Source: Solirubrobacteraceae bacterium
GTDB lineage: Bacteria; Actinomycetota; Thermoleophilia; Solirubrobacterales; Solirubrobacteraceae
Reading direction: 5' to 3'
DNA length: 64,000 bases
NCBI GenBank assembly: GCA_036495305.1
Contig: DASXNB010000004.1
Location: forward strand, 1,690-65,689
A program made the translations under genes and the position numbers. The notes beneath the pieces were generated by a model that was not told where the DNA came from, ran no database searches, and worked only from the letters and a program-made list of their open reading frames with translations. Numbering within the stretch: the stretch's first letter is position 1; every line of letters begins with the position of its first letter. This document shows positions 45,413 to 57,720 of the stretch, in pieces.

Positions 45413-47326
45413 ATGGGCAAGACCATCGGAATTGATCTCGGCACCACGAACTCGTGCATGGCCGTGCTCGAGGGTGGCGAGCCCACCGTCATCGAGAACG
45501 CTGAGGGCGGCCGTACAACCCCCTCTGTCGTCGCCTTCACCGCCTCCGGCGAGCGCCTCGTGGGTACCGTCGCCAAGCGCCAGGCGGTGACCAACCCGCA
45601 GAACACAATTTTCTCCATCAAGCGTTTCATGGGCCGCAAGGAGGCCGAGGTGCGCGAGGAGGAGTCGATCGTCCCCTACAAGGTCGTCTCCGGACCCAAC
45701 GGCGACGCACGGGTGGAAGCCGACGGCAACCAATACTCCCCGCCCGAGGTCTCGGCGATGATCCTACAAAAGCTGAAGTCCGACGCTGAAGCCTATCTGG
45801 GCGAAGCGGTGGATTCAGCCGTCATCACGGTCCCCGCCTACTTCAACGACGACCAGCGCCAAGCCACCAAGGACGCCGGCAAGATCGCCGGGCTCGATGT
45901 CAAGCGTATCATCAACGAGCCCACCGCCGCCTCGCTCGCTTACGGACTCGACAAGGAGTCAGACCAGACGATCCTGGTCTTCGACCTCGGCGGCGGCACC
46001 TTCGACGTGTCGGTGCTCGAGATCGGCGATGGGGTCTTCGAGGTTAAGTCCACCGCCGGCGACAACCACCTCGGCGGCGACAACTTCGACAAGGCCATCG
46101 TGGACTGGTTGGTAGCCGACTTCAAGCGCGACCAGGGCATCGACCTCTCCGCCGATCCGATGGCGCTGCAACGCCTCTATGAGGCCGCGGAGAAGGCCAA
46201 GATCGAGCTCTCCACCACGCAGGAGACGCAGATAAACCTACCCTTCGTAACCGCCGATTCCTCCGGCCCCAAGCACCTCGATACCCGCCTCACGCGGGCC
46301 AAGCTCGCCGAGCTCACCTCCGCGCTGCTCGATCGTGTGGTGGCGCCCGTGCGCCAAGCTATTGACGACGCGAAGGACAAGGGCGTCAAGGAGATCGACC
46401 ACATCGTGCTTGTGGGTGGTATGACCCGCATGCCCGCCGTCCAGGAGAAGGTGAAGGAGCTCACCGGCAAGGACCCCCACCGTGGGGTCAATCCTGACGA
46501 GGTCGTAGCGGTGGGCGCCGCCATCCAGGCGGGCGTGCTCGCCGGCGATGTCAAGGACGTGCTCCTGCTGGATGTCACCCCCCTCACGCTCGGTATCGAG
46601 ACCAAGGGTGGCGTGATGACCAAGCTCATCGAGCGCAACACCACCATCCCCACGCGCAAGGGGGAGGTGTTTTCAACGGCTGAGGACAACCAACCCTCGG
46701 TGGAGATCCATGTGCTCCAGGGCGAGCGCGAGATGGCTCAGTACAACAAGTCGCTCGGCAAGTTTCAACTCACCGGCATCCCCCCGGCGCCGCGCGGTAT
46801 CCCGCAGATCGAAGTGGCGTTTGACATCGACGCCAACGGCATCCTCAACGTGTCCGCCAAGGATCTCGGCACCGGCAAGGAGCAGAAGATCGAGATCAAG
46901 GCGGGGTCGGGGCTCTCCGACGAGGAAGTCAAGTCGATGGTTTCCGACGCCGAGTCGCACGCCGAGGAGGACCGCAAGGCGCGCGAACTAGCGGAGGCCC
47001 GCAACAACGGCGAGAACGCCGCCTATCAGGCCGAGCGCCAGCTCACAGACCTAGGCGACCAGGTAGATGCCGACTCCAAGTCACGCATCGAGGACGCCAT
47101 CAAGGAGGTACGCGAGTCGCTCGAGTCAGAGGACCCCGCCGCCATCAACGCTCGCACCGACGCCCTCCAGAGCGCTTTCCACGCGGTCTCCGAGGCGATG
47201 TACCAGAAGGCCCAGGCCGACGCGGCCGCCGCCGGCGACGGTGCGGGTCCCGCCGCTGAGGCCGACGGCTCGTCCTCTGAGGAGGATGTCGTGGACGCCG
47301 AGGTGGTTGACGAGGGCAAGAGCTGA
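45413..47326 (+). CDS. dnaK: Chaperone DnaK (Hsp70)
   Basis: [27 protein letters not shown]. Confidence 0.98.
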   Translation: MGKTIGIDLGTTNSCMAVLEGGEPTVIENAEGGRTTPSVVAFTASGERLVGTVAKRQAVTNPQNTIFSIKRFMGRKEAEVREEESIVPYKVVSGPNGDARVEADGNQYSPPEVSAMILQKLKSDAEAYLGEAVDSAVITVPAYFNDDQRQATKDAGKIAGLDVKRIINEPTAASLAYGLDKESDQTILVFDLGGGTFDVSVLEIGDGVFEVKSTAGDNHLGGDNFDKAIVDWLVADFKRDQGIDLSADPMALQRLYEAAEKAKIELSTTQETQINLPFVTADSSGPKHLDTRLTRAKLAELTSALLDRVVAPVRQAIDDAKDKGVKEIDHIVLVGGMTRMPAVQEKVKELTGKDPHRGVNPDEVVAVGAAIQAGVLAGDVKDVLLLDVTPLTLGIETKGGVMTKLIERNTTIPTRKGEVFSTAEDNQPSVEIHVLQGEREMAQYNKSLGKFQLTGIPPAPRGIPQIEVAFDIDANGILNVSAKDLGTGKEQKIEIKAGSGLSDEEVKSMVSDAESHAEEDRKARELAEARNNGENAAYQAERQLTDLGDQVDADSKSRIEDAIKEVRESLESEDPAAINARTDALQSAFHAVSEAMYQKAQADAAAAGDGAGPAAEADGSSSEEDVVDAEVVDEGKS

Positions 47327-47955
47327 TGGAGGAGGTAACGCCAGAGGCCGAGGTGGAGCAACCAGAGGTCGAACGAGCGCAGGACGCGGGAGTCTCTCCT
47401 CCGGCTCCATCCCAGCCCACCCCCGATCAAGGGGTGGGCCCCGCAGGGGCGTCCTCCTCCCCACAGCCCACCGCCGGCCAGGGGGTGGACCCCGGAGGAG
47501 AGATCGAAGCGGAGCTTGACGAAATGGTGAAGACCTCCGCGGAGCGCGACCACTACCTCGCGCTCGCGCAGCGCACCCAGGCGGACTTCGAGAATTACCG
47601 CAAGCGTGTGGCCCGCGACGCCGCTCAAGCGCAGGATCGCGGTGTAGCGAAGCTCGCAAAGGAGTTGCTCCCGGCGCTTGACAACCTCGACCGTGCGCTC
47701 GACGCCGCGGCCGAGGAGGACCCGCTGCTCACCGGTGTGAAGCTCGTGCGCGCGGAGATCGCCGCCGCGCTCGCCCGTGTGGGCATCGAGGCATTCTCCC
47801 CGCTTGGCGATCCCTTCGATCCCAACGTGCACGAGGCGATGGCCCAGCAGCCGGTCGAGGGCGCCGCGTCGGGAACCGTCGCCGAGGTCTACCAGAACGG
47901 GTATCGCATGGGCGACACCGTCATCCGCCCAGCGCGCGTGCTGGTGGCCGCGTAA
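47326..47955 (+). CDS. grpE: Nucleotide exchange factor GrpE
   Basis: QADFENYRKR, DPFDPNVHEA. The ATG overlaps the dnaK TGA. Confidence 0.93.
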   Translation: MEEVTPEAEVEQPEVERAQDAGVSPPAPSQPTPDQGVGPAGASSSPQPTAGQGVDPGGEIEAELDEMVKTSAERDHYLALAQRTQADFENYRKRVARDAAQAQDRGVAKLAKELLPALDNLDRALDAAAEEDPLLTGVKLVRAEIAAALARVGIEAFSPLGDPFDPNVHEAMAQQPVEGAASGTVAEVYQNGYRMGDTVIRPARVLVAA

Positions 47956-47967
47956 CGAGGAGCCCAC

Positions 47968-49101
47968 ATGGCCACACGTCCCGACTACTACAAGACGCTC
48001 GGGGTCGACAAGAAGGCGAGCGCCGAGGAGATCAAGAAGGCCTACCGCAAGCTCGCGCGCCAGTACCACCCCGACCGCAACCCCGACGACAAGCAGGCGG
48101 AGGAGCGCTTCAAGGAGATCTCCCAAGCCCACGACGTGCTCGGGGACCCCGAGAAGCGCAAGCAGTACGACTCCGGCAGCGGTCCCTTCGCCGCCGGTGG
48201 CGCGGGCGGACCGGGCTTTGGCGGCTTTGGTAACTTCGACTTCGACGCCTCCTCGATGGGCGACATCCTCTCCAACCTCTTCGGGGGCGGCGCTGGAGGA
48301 GGAGGCGGCGCTGGAGGAGGCGGACGGCGCGGCAAGGCGCGCCCCCAGCGCGGTCGCGATCTGGAGACCGAGGTAAGCATCTCCTTCGACCAAGCCATCT
48401 CCGGTGCGCAGGTGCCCCTGTCGGTACCCACCAGCGGCGCCTGCCCCACCTGCCACGGCACCGGAGCCAAGCCCGGCACCACGCCGAAGGTGTGTCCCCG
48501 GTGTGAGGGCCGCGGCATCGAGACGCAAGGACAGGGGATGTTCTCGATCTCCCAACCCTGCTCGCGTTGCGGCGGTAGCGGCACCGTCATCGAGGACCCC
48601 TGCCCCACCTGCGGAGGCTCGGGTGCGGTGCGGACGGTGAACAAATTCCGCGTCAACATCCCTGCTGGTGTGAAGGAGGGCTCCCGCATCCGGGTGGCCG
48701 GCAAGGGCGAGGCCGGGGCTCGTGGTGGTCCCGCGGGAGATCTCTACGTCGTGACACACGTCTCGCCCTCACCGGTGTTCAAGCGCAAGGGAGACAACCT
48801 CGAGGTGGACGTTCCCCTCACGATCCCCGAGGCGCTGCGTGGGGGTGACATCCGTGTGCCCACGCTCGAGGGCTCAAAGACGTTGCGGGTCAAGCCCGGC
48901 ACCAACCATGGCGCCGTGCAGCGGTTGCGCGGCGAGGGACCCCCCAAGCTCGGGAGCAAGACTCGAGGGGATATCCACTACCGCTTCACCATCGATGTGC
49001 CCGAGAAGCTCACCTCCGAGCAAGAAGAGGCGGTCGAGCAACTCTCCAAGGTGATGAACGGCGATCCCCGCGCGCAATTGTTCTCGGAGGCTCCCTCATG
49101 A
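47968..49101 (+). CDS. dnaJ: Co-chaperone DnaJ
   Basis: J domain with HPD, G/F region, four CxxCxG zinc-finger motifs. Confidence 0.96.
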   Translation: MATRPDYYKTLGVDKKASAEEIKKAYRKLARQYHPDRNPDDKQAEERFKEISQAHDVLGDPEKRKQYDSGSGPFAAGGAGGPGFGGFGNFDFDASSMGDILSNLFGGGAGGGGGAGGGGRRGKARPQRGRDLETEVSISFDQAISGAQVPLSVPTSGACPTCHGTGAKPGTTPKVCPRCEGRGIETQGQGMFSISQPCSRCGGSGTVIEDPCPTCGGSGAVRTVNKFRVNIPAGVKEGSRIRVAGKGEAGARGGPAGDLYVVTHVSPSPVFKRKGDNLEVDVPLTIPEALRGGDIRVPTLEGSKTLRVKPGTNHGAVQRLRGEGPPKLGSKTRGDIHYRFTIDVPEKLTSEQEEAVEQLSKVMNGDPRAQLFSEAPS

Positions 49102-49574
49102 GCGACAAGCCCGTCACCCGTGTGAAGGTGGAGACCGACCGTGGCGTGTTCATGATCTCCGTGGCGGCCGAGCTCGCCAATATGCACCCGCAAACGCTTC
49201 GCATGTATGAGTCGCGCGGTTTGGTGGAGCCGAAGCGATCGCCCAAGGGCACCAGGCTCTACTCCCAGGAGGATGTGGAGAGGTTGCGGCGCATCCATGA
49301 GATGACCGCCGAGCTTGGGTTGAACCTCGCCGGGGTACAACGTGTGCTCGACCTCGAGTCGGAGGTGCGGGACATGCACGCACGTATCGAACAGCTGGAA
49401 GTGAAGGCATTGCACACCCAGGTCGAGCTCGCCGAGGAGCTGGAGCGCGTGCGCCGCTCCTTCCGTGCCGAGCTCGTCCCCTATCGCGGTGCTGGCGCCG
49501 AGTTGGTGCGCGCGGCGGATGCACGCGCGTTGTTCCGGATCCCACCCACCTCGCCGAAGGAGGGAACGCGATGA
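49098..49574 (+). CDS. hspR: MerR-family heat-shock repressor HspR
   Basis: MerR HTH ([23 protein letters not shown]); classical position after dnaJ. Confidence 0.88.
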   Translation: MSDKPVTRVKVETDRGVFMISVAAELANMHPQTLRMYESRGLVEPKRSPKGTRLYSQEDVERLRRIHEMTAELGLNLAGVQRVLDLESEVRDMHARIEQLEVKALHTQVELAEELERVRRSFRAELVPYRGAGAELVRAADARALFRIPPTSPKEGTR

Positions 49575-51781
49575 CACCGCCCAATGGACAAACGCCGGGG
49601 GGCGCGACCACGGCGCCATCGCCCGAGGAGGAGCAGAAGCCGCTCGAGCGCTTTGGCAAGGACCTCACCGAGCTGGCCGAGCAAGGCAAGCTCGATCCCG
49701 TGATCGGCCGCGACGAGGAGATCCGCCGTGTGATCCAGGTGCTTTCGCGCCGCACCAAGAACAACCCGGTGCTCATCGGTGAGCCGGGTGTCGGCAAGAC
49801 CGCGATCGTCGAGGGTCTCGCCCAGCGTGTCGTATCAGGCGACGTGCCCGAGTCACTTCGGGAGCGGCGTGTGATCGCGCTCGATATGGGTGCGCTCATC
49901 GCGGGCGCCGTCTATCGCGGCGAGTTCGAGGAGCGTTTGAAGGGGGTGCTCAAGGAAGTGTCGGAGGCTCAGGGCACGGTGATCCTCTTCTTGGACGAGC
50001 TTCACACCATCGTCGGCGCGGGCGCCGCCCAGGGCGCGGTCGATGCTGCCAACCTGCTCAAGCCGATGCTCGCCCGCGGGGAGCTTCGCTGCGTGGGCGC
50101 CACCACTCTGGACGAGTATCGCAAGCACATTGAGAAGGACGCCGCCCTGGAGCGTCGCTTCCAGCCGGTGATGGTGGGCGAGCCTTCCGTGGAGGACACG
50201 ATCGCGATCCTGCGGGGGCTGAAGGAGCGCTATGAGACCCACCACGGCGTGCGTATCCAGGACGCGGCGCTCATCGCCGCCGCGACGCTTTCCCACCGCT
50301 ACATCGCCGACCGCTTCCTACCCGACAAGGCCATCGACCTGATCGATGAGGCCGCCTCGAAGATTCGCATCGAGATCGACTCCGTGCCCACGGAGATAGA
50401 CGAGGTGGACCGTCGTGTGATGCAACTTGAGATCGAGCTCACCTCGTTGCGCAAGGAGAAGGACGAGCCTTCCAAGGAGCGCCGCGGCGCGATCGAGGCG
50501 GAGTTGGCGGAGCTGCGCGCGCGCTCGGATGAGATGCGCGCCCAGTGGGAGCGCGAGAAGCAGGCGATCCAGGGCGTGCGCGAGATGAAGGAGCGCTTGG
50601 AGCAGGCGCGCGTGGAGGCCGAACGGGCCGAGCGCGAAGCCAACCTCCAGCGCGCCGCCGAGCTGCGCTACGGAGAGATACCGGAGCTTGAGAAGCAACT
50701 CGCCGAGCACGAAGCGGCTGAGCGCGAACGAAGCGAGGGCGAAGCCATGGCCGACGGTGCCGGTGGTGAGGCTGGGGTGGGCGGGCCTCAGTTCCTCAAG
50801 GAGGAGGTGGACGCTGAGGACGTCGCAGAGGTGGTGGCCCGCTGGACCGGAATCCCTGTCTCACGGCTTATGGAGGGGGAAGTGGAGAAGTTGATCCACA
50901 TGGAGGAGCGTTTGCACGAACGCGTTGTCGGCCAGAATGAGGCGGTGGAGGCGGTGGCCACCGCGTTGCGCCGCTCGCGTGCGGGCCTGCAAGACCCCAA
51001 TCGTCCGATCGGCACATTCCTTTTCCTCGGCCCCACCGGAGTGGGCAAGACCGAGCTCGCGCGAGCCCTGGCCGAGTTCATGTTCGATTCGCAAGACGCG
51101 ATGGTGAGGATCGACATGAGCGAGTACATGGAGAAGCACTCCGTATCCCGCCTCGTGGGCGCGCCCCCCGGGTACGTGGGCTATGAAGAGGGGGGCCAGC
51201 TAACCGAGATGGTGAGACGCCGCCCTTACAGCGTGGTGCTGCTGGACGAGATCGAGAAGGCCCACCCCGATGTGTTCAACACGCTCCTACAGGTGATGGA
51301 CGACGGCCGTCTCACCGATGGGCAGGGACGCACCGTGGACTTCAAGAACACCGTGCTCATCATGACCTCCAATATTCCGGTGTCCGCCACAGGCGACGAC
51401 CTGCGGGCGGAATTGACCAATCACTTCAAGCCCGAGTTCATCAACCGTCTGGATGACATCGTTCGCTTCGACCCGCTCTCCCGCGAGCAGATATCGGAGA
51501 TTGTTGACTTGCAGCTACAGCGCGTGGTCGAGCGAGTGGCAGAGCGCGGTGTCCAGCTCGAGATCACCCCCGAGGCCAAGCTGCTGTTGGGCAACATGGG
51601 CTACGACCCCACCTATGGCGCCCGGCCCCTGCGGCGCGTTATCCAGAAGCAATTGGTGGACAAGCTTGCGCTCGCATTGCTAGAGGGGCGGTTTCACTCT
51701 GGTGACACCGTTGCCGCCGACGCGGTCGACGGGCAGTTGTCCTTGGAGCGGTGCGCTCAACCTGCAGCGACCGGGACCTGA
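49571..51781 (+). CDS. clpB: ClpB-type AAA+ disaggregase lacking the N-terminal domain
   Basis: NBD1 (GEPGVGKTA), coiled-coil M domain, NBD2 (GPTGVGKTE), GARPLRR. Only about 26 residues precede the [14 protein letters not shown] linker. ATGA overlap with hspR. Confidence 0.9.
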   Translation: MTPPNGQTPGGATTAPSPEEEQKPLERFGKDLTELAEQGKLDPVIGRDEEIRRVIQVLSRRTKNNPVLIGEPGVGKTAIVEGLAQRVVSGDVPESLRERRVIALDMGALIAGAVYRGEFEERLKGVLKEVSEAQGTVILFLDELHTIVGAGAAQGAVDAANLLKPMLARGELRCVGATTLDEYRKHIEKDAALERRFQPVMVGEPSVEDTIAILRGLKERYETHHGVRIQDAALIAAATLSHRYIADRFLPDKAIDLIDEAASKIRIEIDSVPTEIDEVDRRVMQLEIELTSLRKEKDEPSKERRGAIEAELAELRARSDEMRAQWEREKQAIQGVREMKERLEQARVEAERAEREANLQRAAELRYGEIPELEKQLAEHEAAERERSEGEAMADGAGGEAGVGGPQFLKEEVDAEDVAEVVARWTGIPVSRLMEGEVEKLIHMEERLHERVVGQNEAVEAVATALRRSRAGLQDPNRPIGTFLFLGPTGVGKTELARALAEFMFDSQDAMVRIDMSEYMEKHSVSRLVGAPPGYVGYEEGGQLTEMVRRRPYSVVLLDEIEKAHPDVFNTLLQVMDDGRLTDGQGRTVDFKNTVLIMTSNIPVSATGDDLRAELTNHFKPEFINRLDDIVRFDPLSREQISEIVDLQLQRVVERVAERGVQLEITPEAKLLLGNMGYDPTYGARPLRRVIQKQLVDKLALALLEGRFHSGDTVAADAVDGQLSLERCAQPAATGT

Positions 51782-51793
51782 ATCGTAGAGGCC

Positions 51794-52276
51794 TTACGCT
51801 GCGAGAATCTGCGCGGCGAGGATCGCCGCGTTGCGCGCGTTGTCGAGCCCGACACACGCGACAGGCACACCGGGTGGCATCTGGACGATCGAGAGGATCG
51901 CGTCGAGGCCGCCGGCGGCGGTGAGGCGGCCCGAGAGGGGGACGCCGATGACAGGCAGATCTGTGTGGGCGGCAACCGCGCCGGGGAGCGCCGCGGATAT
52001 GCCTGCACCCGCGATGACGACGCGCAGGCCACGTGACTTGGCGCTCTTGGCGTACTCGGCCACGATGTCGGGTTCGCGGTGGGCGGAGGCGACCTTCATC
52101 TCGTGGGGGATACCCCGGTCGCGGAGCTCGTTGGCGGCCTTCTCCATCGCCTCCATGTCGCTTGAGGAGCCCATCACGATGCCGACGAGTGGACCGGCGA
52201 CATCGAACTCCTCGAGCTGTGCTTGCACCTCGGCCTCAGCGAGTCCGGCTCGGATTGGTGTGGGGGCGTCGCTCAT
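51794..52276 (-). CDS. purE: N5-carboxyaminoimidazole ribonucleotide mutase
   Basis: [24 protein letters not shown]. Confidence 0.93.
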   Translation of the reverse strand: MSDAPTPIRAGLAEAEVQAQLEEFDVAGPLVGIVMGSSSDMEAMEKAANELRDRGIPHEMKVASAHREPDIVAEYAKSAKSRGLRVVIAGAGISAALPGAVAAHTDLPVIGVPLSGRLTAAGGLDAILSIVQMPPGVPVACVGLDNARNAAILAAQILAA

Positions 52277-53619
52277 GGTGTGGTGGTGGTTTGGGGTTCT
52301 GCGTTGGCGGCGATGTCGCGCCGCATTTGCTTGCCGTCGAACGTGATGTTCTCAGCGGCAGCATACGCGGCGGCGCGGGCGGACTCGGGGTTGGGGCCGA
52401 GGGCGGTGACGTTGAGAACGCGACCGCCGGCGGTGACGATTGAGGGGGGGGTGGCGCTGCCGGCGTCCGACCTTTCCCCGGAATCGCCGTTGCTCGCGCC
52501 GCCGCCGGTTCTGAGGGCGGTGCCAGCATGCGTGACCTCGATACCGCCGGGAACATGGTCGAGCCCGAAGATCTCATCGCCGGAGGACGATGAGGAGGGG
52601 TAGCCGGCTGAGGCGAGCACGAGCGTAACCGCCCAATCGGTGGTCCAGTCGAGGACGGTGCCTTCGAGCCCCCCTGGGTGGGTGCAGGAGAGCAGCAGCT
52701 CGAGCAGGTCGGAGCGCAGACGTGGGAGGACGGCTTGGGTCTCTGGGTCGCCGAAGCGGACGTTGAACTCGAGCACGCGGGGACCGTCGGAGGTGAGCAT
52801 GAGCCCGGCGTAGAGGACCCCGTGAAAGGGGGTGCCACGGTCGCGCATGAGGTTGACTATTGGCTGGTGAACGGCGGCGGCAAGGCCCTCGACGGCGGCG
52901 GTGTCAAAGCCGGCGACGGGCGAGTAGGAGCCCATGCCACCGGTGTTGGGTCCCAGGTCGCCGTCGTTGATGCGCTTGAAGTCGCGAGCGGGGGCCATCG
53001 GGACGGCGCGGATGCCGTCACAGAGCGCGAGTAGCGAGAGCTCCTCACCGAGGAGCAACTCCTCGACTATGGCGGAGACGCCACCCTCGCCGAAGCGGTG
53101 CTCGACGAAGATCTCCTCGAGCGCGGCGCGGGCTTGCTCGGGGTGGTTTGCCACGGTGACGCCCTTACCGGCGGCGAGACCGTCGGCCTTCACCACCACA
53201 CCGGGGTTCGCGAGATCCGCCACGGCGTCGATGCCCTCTTGCAGCGACTCCACCCGCCGCCAGCGGGCGGTGGGGACTCCAGCCTGCTCCATCGCGTCCT
53301 TGGCGAAGGCCTTGGATCCCTCCAGTCGCGCGGCGGCGGCGGCGGGGCCAAACGCCGTGTGACCGCGCTGCTTGAGGGCGTCCACGAGGCCCGCCACGAG
53401 CGGAACCTCGGGGCCGACCACGGTGAGATCGACACCCTCGTGCTCGACCGCTGAGACGAGCCCGTCGATGTCGTCCACGGGAATGTCGATCAAGCGCGCG
53501 TCGGCGGCGATACCGGCGTTGCCAGGCGCGCACAGCAGCTCTGGGTGCCGCGGCGAGCGGGCGAGGGCGCGCACCAGGGCGTGCTCACGCCCCCCCGATC
53601 CGACAACCAGGACCTTCAC
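52273..53619 (-). CDS. purD: Phosphoribosylamine-glycine ligase
   Basis: [22 protein letters not shown]-grasp core. Confidence 0.93.
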   Translation of the reverse strand: MKVLVVGSGGREHALVRALARSPRHPELLCAPGNAGIAADARLIDIPVDDIDGLVSAVEHEGVDLTVVGPEVPLVAGLVDALKQRGHTAFGPAAAAARLEGSKAFAKDAMEQAGVPTARWRRVESLQEGIDAVADLANPGVVVKADGLAAGKGVTVANHPEQARAALEEIFVEHRFGEGGVSAIVEELLLGEELSLLALCDGIRAVPMAPARDFKRINDGDLGPNTGGMGSYSPVAGFDTAAVEGLAAAVHQPIVNLMRDRGTPFHGVLYAGLMLTSDGPRVLEFNVRFGDPETQAVLPRLRSDLLELLLSCTHPGGLEGTVLDWTTDWAVTLVLASAGYPSSSSSGDEIFGLDHVPGGIEVTHAGTALRTGGGASNGDSGERSDAGSATPPSIVTAGGRVLNVTALGPNPESARAAAYAAAENITFDGKQMRRDIAANAEPQTTTTP

Positions 53620-53664
53620 GCGGTTACTTGAACCTTCCGCATCGACAGTGGCGGACAGGGGTAC

Positions 53665-53946
53665 TCACAGCGAGGCGATCAGCTCATCGACGGGGATCGC
53701 GGCGAGTGTCTCGTAGCGGCCGGTGCCGCGGGAGCCAAGCTCGAGCGAGACGCGGGCCATGGTCTTCTCGTCGGGGGCCTCGACGACGGAGATGAAGTCG
53801 ACGTTGCCGAGGGTGGCCCATTGCGCCTTGACGGTGGCGCCGAGTTGCTCGACCTCCTTGTTGACCTCGCGAATGCGCTCGGGGTTGTTCTTGACGGTTT
53901 GCACTCCCTCGGGCGTCAACGTCGAGAGCATGATGTAGGTGGGCAT
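53665..53946 (-). CDS. GYD-domain protein
   Basis: MPTYIMLSTLTPEGVQT...; GGAGG SD upstream of ATG 53946. The longer ORF to 54114 runs through the REP-like inverted repeat. Confidence 0.7.
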   Translation of the reverse strand: MPTYIMLSTLTPEGVQTVKNNPERIREVNKEVEQLGATVKAQWATLGNVDFISVVEAPDEKTMARVSLELGSRGTGRYETLAAIPVDELIASL

Positions 53947-54054
53947 GGCTCCTCCGTTCTTCGCGGTTCGCGCCGGGGTGGCGCGCTTCCCTCGTTTGTA
54001 CAGGATCGACGGGCGGCGGGGGGTGGAGGGGGAGGAGTTGGGGATATCCATTTT

Positions 54055-54117
54055 GGGGTGACTCGCGCGCGCGTACGCGAAGTAGAGCTTGCTTTGCGCG
54101 CGCACGCGAGTCACCCC
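54055..54117. repeat. Inverted pair of REP-like elements (GGGGTGACTCGCG ... CGCGAGTCACCCC)
   Basis: 13-bp perfect outer stem plus imperfect CG-rich extension, in the divergent GYD-purD-purE / purB intergenic region. Confidence 0.85.
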
Positions 54118-54157
54118 CTGAGGGACATACCATCCCCTCCACGGCGATAATGGGGAT

Positions 54158-55468
<1,311 letters not shown>

Positions 55469-55523
55469 TCTCGCGTTAGGCCGACCGCGGAGCGGCCGGC
55501 CCACGCGAATCGGGAGTTGCCCC

Positions 55524-56168
55524 CTACGGAATGTCGATTGCCGCCGGCAGGGTTGTGTTTTCGCCGGTGCCCACGAATCGCAGCGATGTGGGGCCTGTCT
55601 CGGTGATCGAGTAAACGTTCTCCGATACTCCGCTGTCTGCGCCGTCACTACTCGACAGCACAGATTGAACCCCGTCGGGGGTTACCCCGACGATCTTCTG
55701 GCGTGTGTCTTGCCCGTACGGCGGTGGGGTTTGGGGCATGAGAATGTTCAACTTGCCTTCCTCGGCTTGGGTCGTGGTCGCGCAATCGAGCGACCCGTTG
55801 GCCCACAGGCAGAGAGAGTTGGCGCCTGGCACGAGATACCACTGACTACCGCCACCCGGCGCGGGTACCGCGCGGGCGAGGGCGATGTTGGGGCCGTATT
55901 CACTTGCCATGCCCGGCGATTCCGCGGCGTCTAACAGGCCGGTCGGGACGGAGGTGGCGGGCGCCTGGTCGAGTGCGGTGAAGCTCGCGCTTTGAATTGC
56001 CGATGTTGAGGCGGCGCGGGCTGACACGTGGTGCAGGTAGGCGCCATGGTGTCTGTGTTGATGAGGGGCTTTTGTGGCGCCCGCCACGCCCACGGCAAAG
56101 ACGCCGACGGTGAGTGCGCTCGCCACGACTACGAGCCTCATGGTTGTATTTTTGAGGTAGTGGATCAT
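55524..56168 (-). CDS. Secreted hypothetical protein
   Basis: Signal peptide MRLVVVASALTVGVFAVGVAGA (the start may be 56141); His-rich segment; no recognisable domain. Confidence 0.5.
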   Translation of the reverse strand: MIHYLKNTTMRLVVVASALTVGVFAVGVAGATKAPHQHRHHGAYLHHVSARAASTSAIQSASFTALDQAPATSVPTGLLDAAESPGMASEYGPNIALARAVPAPGGGSQWYLVPGANSLCLWANGSLDCATTTQAEEGKLNILMPQTPPPYGQDTRQKIVGVTPDGVQSVLSSSDGADSGVSENVYSITETGPTSLRFVGTGENTTLPAAIDIP

Positions 56169-56378
56169 CCCCAGTACGCCTCCCCCCAGATCTCTCGGCG
56201 ACGGTAGCCGCGCATAACCGGCAACGATGACTATCTCTCGGAATAGTTTCGGCAGCCAATATAAGGGTGATGTAGCGAAATATCTACCGATCGGGCCCTT
56301 GGTAACAGGATGGTAACAAATCCAATCATCGGGATAATGCTAAAGTGGTGTAGCGTGCGTACAATAGTACGCGGCGCG

Positions 56379-56390
56379 ACGACGTGTCGT
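56379..56390. promoter_or_regulatory. pur-box candidate ACGACGTGTCGT (5-2-5 inverted repeat)
   Basis: First of two or three copies upstream of purC; related copies lie upstream of purF and purN. Confidence 0.4.
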
Positions 56391-56423
56391 TTCGGGGGAC
56401 ACTTCCCGGGGCAGTCGGTTAGC

Positions 56424-56435
56424 ACGACGTGTCGG
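56424..56435. promoter_or_regulatory. pur-box candidate ACGACGTGTCGG
   Basis: Second copy, 45 nt after the first. A degenerate third copy is at 56459..56470. Confidence 0.4.
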
Positions 56436-56578
56436 AGTGGGCCGGCGATCCCGTTTGCACGACGGTGGCTCGCGGTAGTCGAACGAGCGGCCATGCGGCA
56501 GGCGTTGGCGCTCGGACCTCCAGAGGCGCCTCTGCTCGGAGAGCGCTCCGCCCGCGACCGTTGCTAGCATCGCGCCGC

Positions 56579-57478
56579 GTGAGCGTCCTCGCCGACTTGC
56601 CCCTAATCGCCAGCGGGAAGGTGCGCGAGCTGTATGACCTCGATGACCGTCTCTTGATGGTGGCGAGCGACCGCATCTCCACCTACGACGCGGTCCACCC
56701 CACGCCTATCCCCGATAAGGGGAAGGTGTTGACCGGGCTGTCGGCGTTCTGGTTCGAGCACACGAAGGGGATCGTGGCCAACCACATGCTCTCGGCAACC
56801 GAGGGGGTTCCGGCGGAGGCGCGTGGGCGCGCGCTCGTGGTGCGCAAGCTGAAGATGCTTCCCGTGGAGTGCGTCGTGCGCGGCTACATCACGGGGTCGG
56901 GGTGGAAGGACTACCAGGCCACCGGGAAGGTGTCAGGGATCGAGCTGCCCGCGGGGTTGCGCGAGTCTGAGCAGTTGCCCGAGCCGATCTTCACGCCCTC
57001 CACGAAGGCCGAGGTGGGCCACGACGAGGCGATCGATTTCGAGCGTGCCGCCGAGCTAGTGGGGGACAGGGGGCTGATGGAACGCGTGCGGGACATCTCG
57101 ATCGACCTCTACTCCCACGCGGCCGCACACGCGCGCGAGCGGGGTGTGATCCTCGCCGACACCAAGTTCGAGCTCGGTCTCGATGAGGACGGCGAACTGG
57201 TGGTGGGCGACGAGGTGCTCACACCAGATTCTTCGCGCTATTGGCCTGTGGAGGGCTACGAAGTGGGGAAGGGCCAGCCAAGCTTCGACAAGCAGTATGT
57301 GCGCGATTGGGCTGCGGGGAGCGGTTGGGACAAGAAGCCACCCGCCCCCGCGATACCCGCGGACGTGGTGGCGGGTACGCGCGCACGGTATGTGGAGGCG
57401 TATGAGCTCATCGTCGGCGAGCCCTTCAGTGCCTGGCTTGAGCGGACCGCCTCCGAGCCACGCGGCGGCACGGCGTGA
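56579..57478 (+). CDS. purC: SAICAR synthetase
   Basis: GKVRELYD, SDRISTYD. GTG 56579 chosen; the upstream part of ORF 56429.. is non-homologous. Confidence 0.9.
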   Translation: MSVLADLPLIASGKVRELYDLDDRLLMVASDRISTYDAVHPTPIPDKGKVLTGLSAFWFEHTKGIVANHMLSATEGVPAEARGRALVVRKLKMLPVECVVRGYITGSGWKDYQATGKVSGIELPAGLRESEQLPEPIFTPSTKAEVGHDEAIDFERAAELVGDRGLMERVRDISIDLYSHAAAHARERGVILADTKFELGLDEDGELVVGDEVLTPDSSRYWPVEGYEVGKGQPSFDKQYVRDWAAGSGWDKKPPAPAIPADVVAGTRARYVEAYELIVGEPFSAWLERTASEPRGGTA

Positions 57479-57702
57479 GGGCGCGCGTGTTGATCCGCCC
57501 CAAGGCGGGCATCCTCGATCCTCAGGGCGAGGCGGTTCAGCGGGCGCTCCCGGCGCTTGGGTTCGAGGACGTGGCGAACGTGCACGTCGGCCGCTTGGTA
57601 GAGCTTGATGTGGACGACCCCGGTCAGCTCGAGCCGATGTGCGAGAAGCTGTTGGCGAATCCTCTTGTTGAGGACTACGAGATCATCCTCGCCGGTGACT
57701 GA
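57475..57702 (+). CDS. purS: FGAM synthase subunit PurS
   Basis: 75 aa, KAGILDPQGEAV. Confidence 0.88.
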   Translation: MRARVLIRPKAGILDPQGEAVQRALPALGFEDVANVHVGRLVELDVDDPGQLEPMCEKLLANPLVEDYEIILAGD

Positions 57703-57720
57703 CCGCCACCGCGTGAATCG

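Noticed and set aside
56169-56578. ZTP (pfl) or purine riboswitch upstream of purC.
   Set aside because: There are no GACTGGCG / CCGCCTGGGC-type ZTP cores and no purine-riboswitch junction motifs. The region is better explained by promoter elements and the repeated ACGACGTGTCG box.
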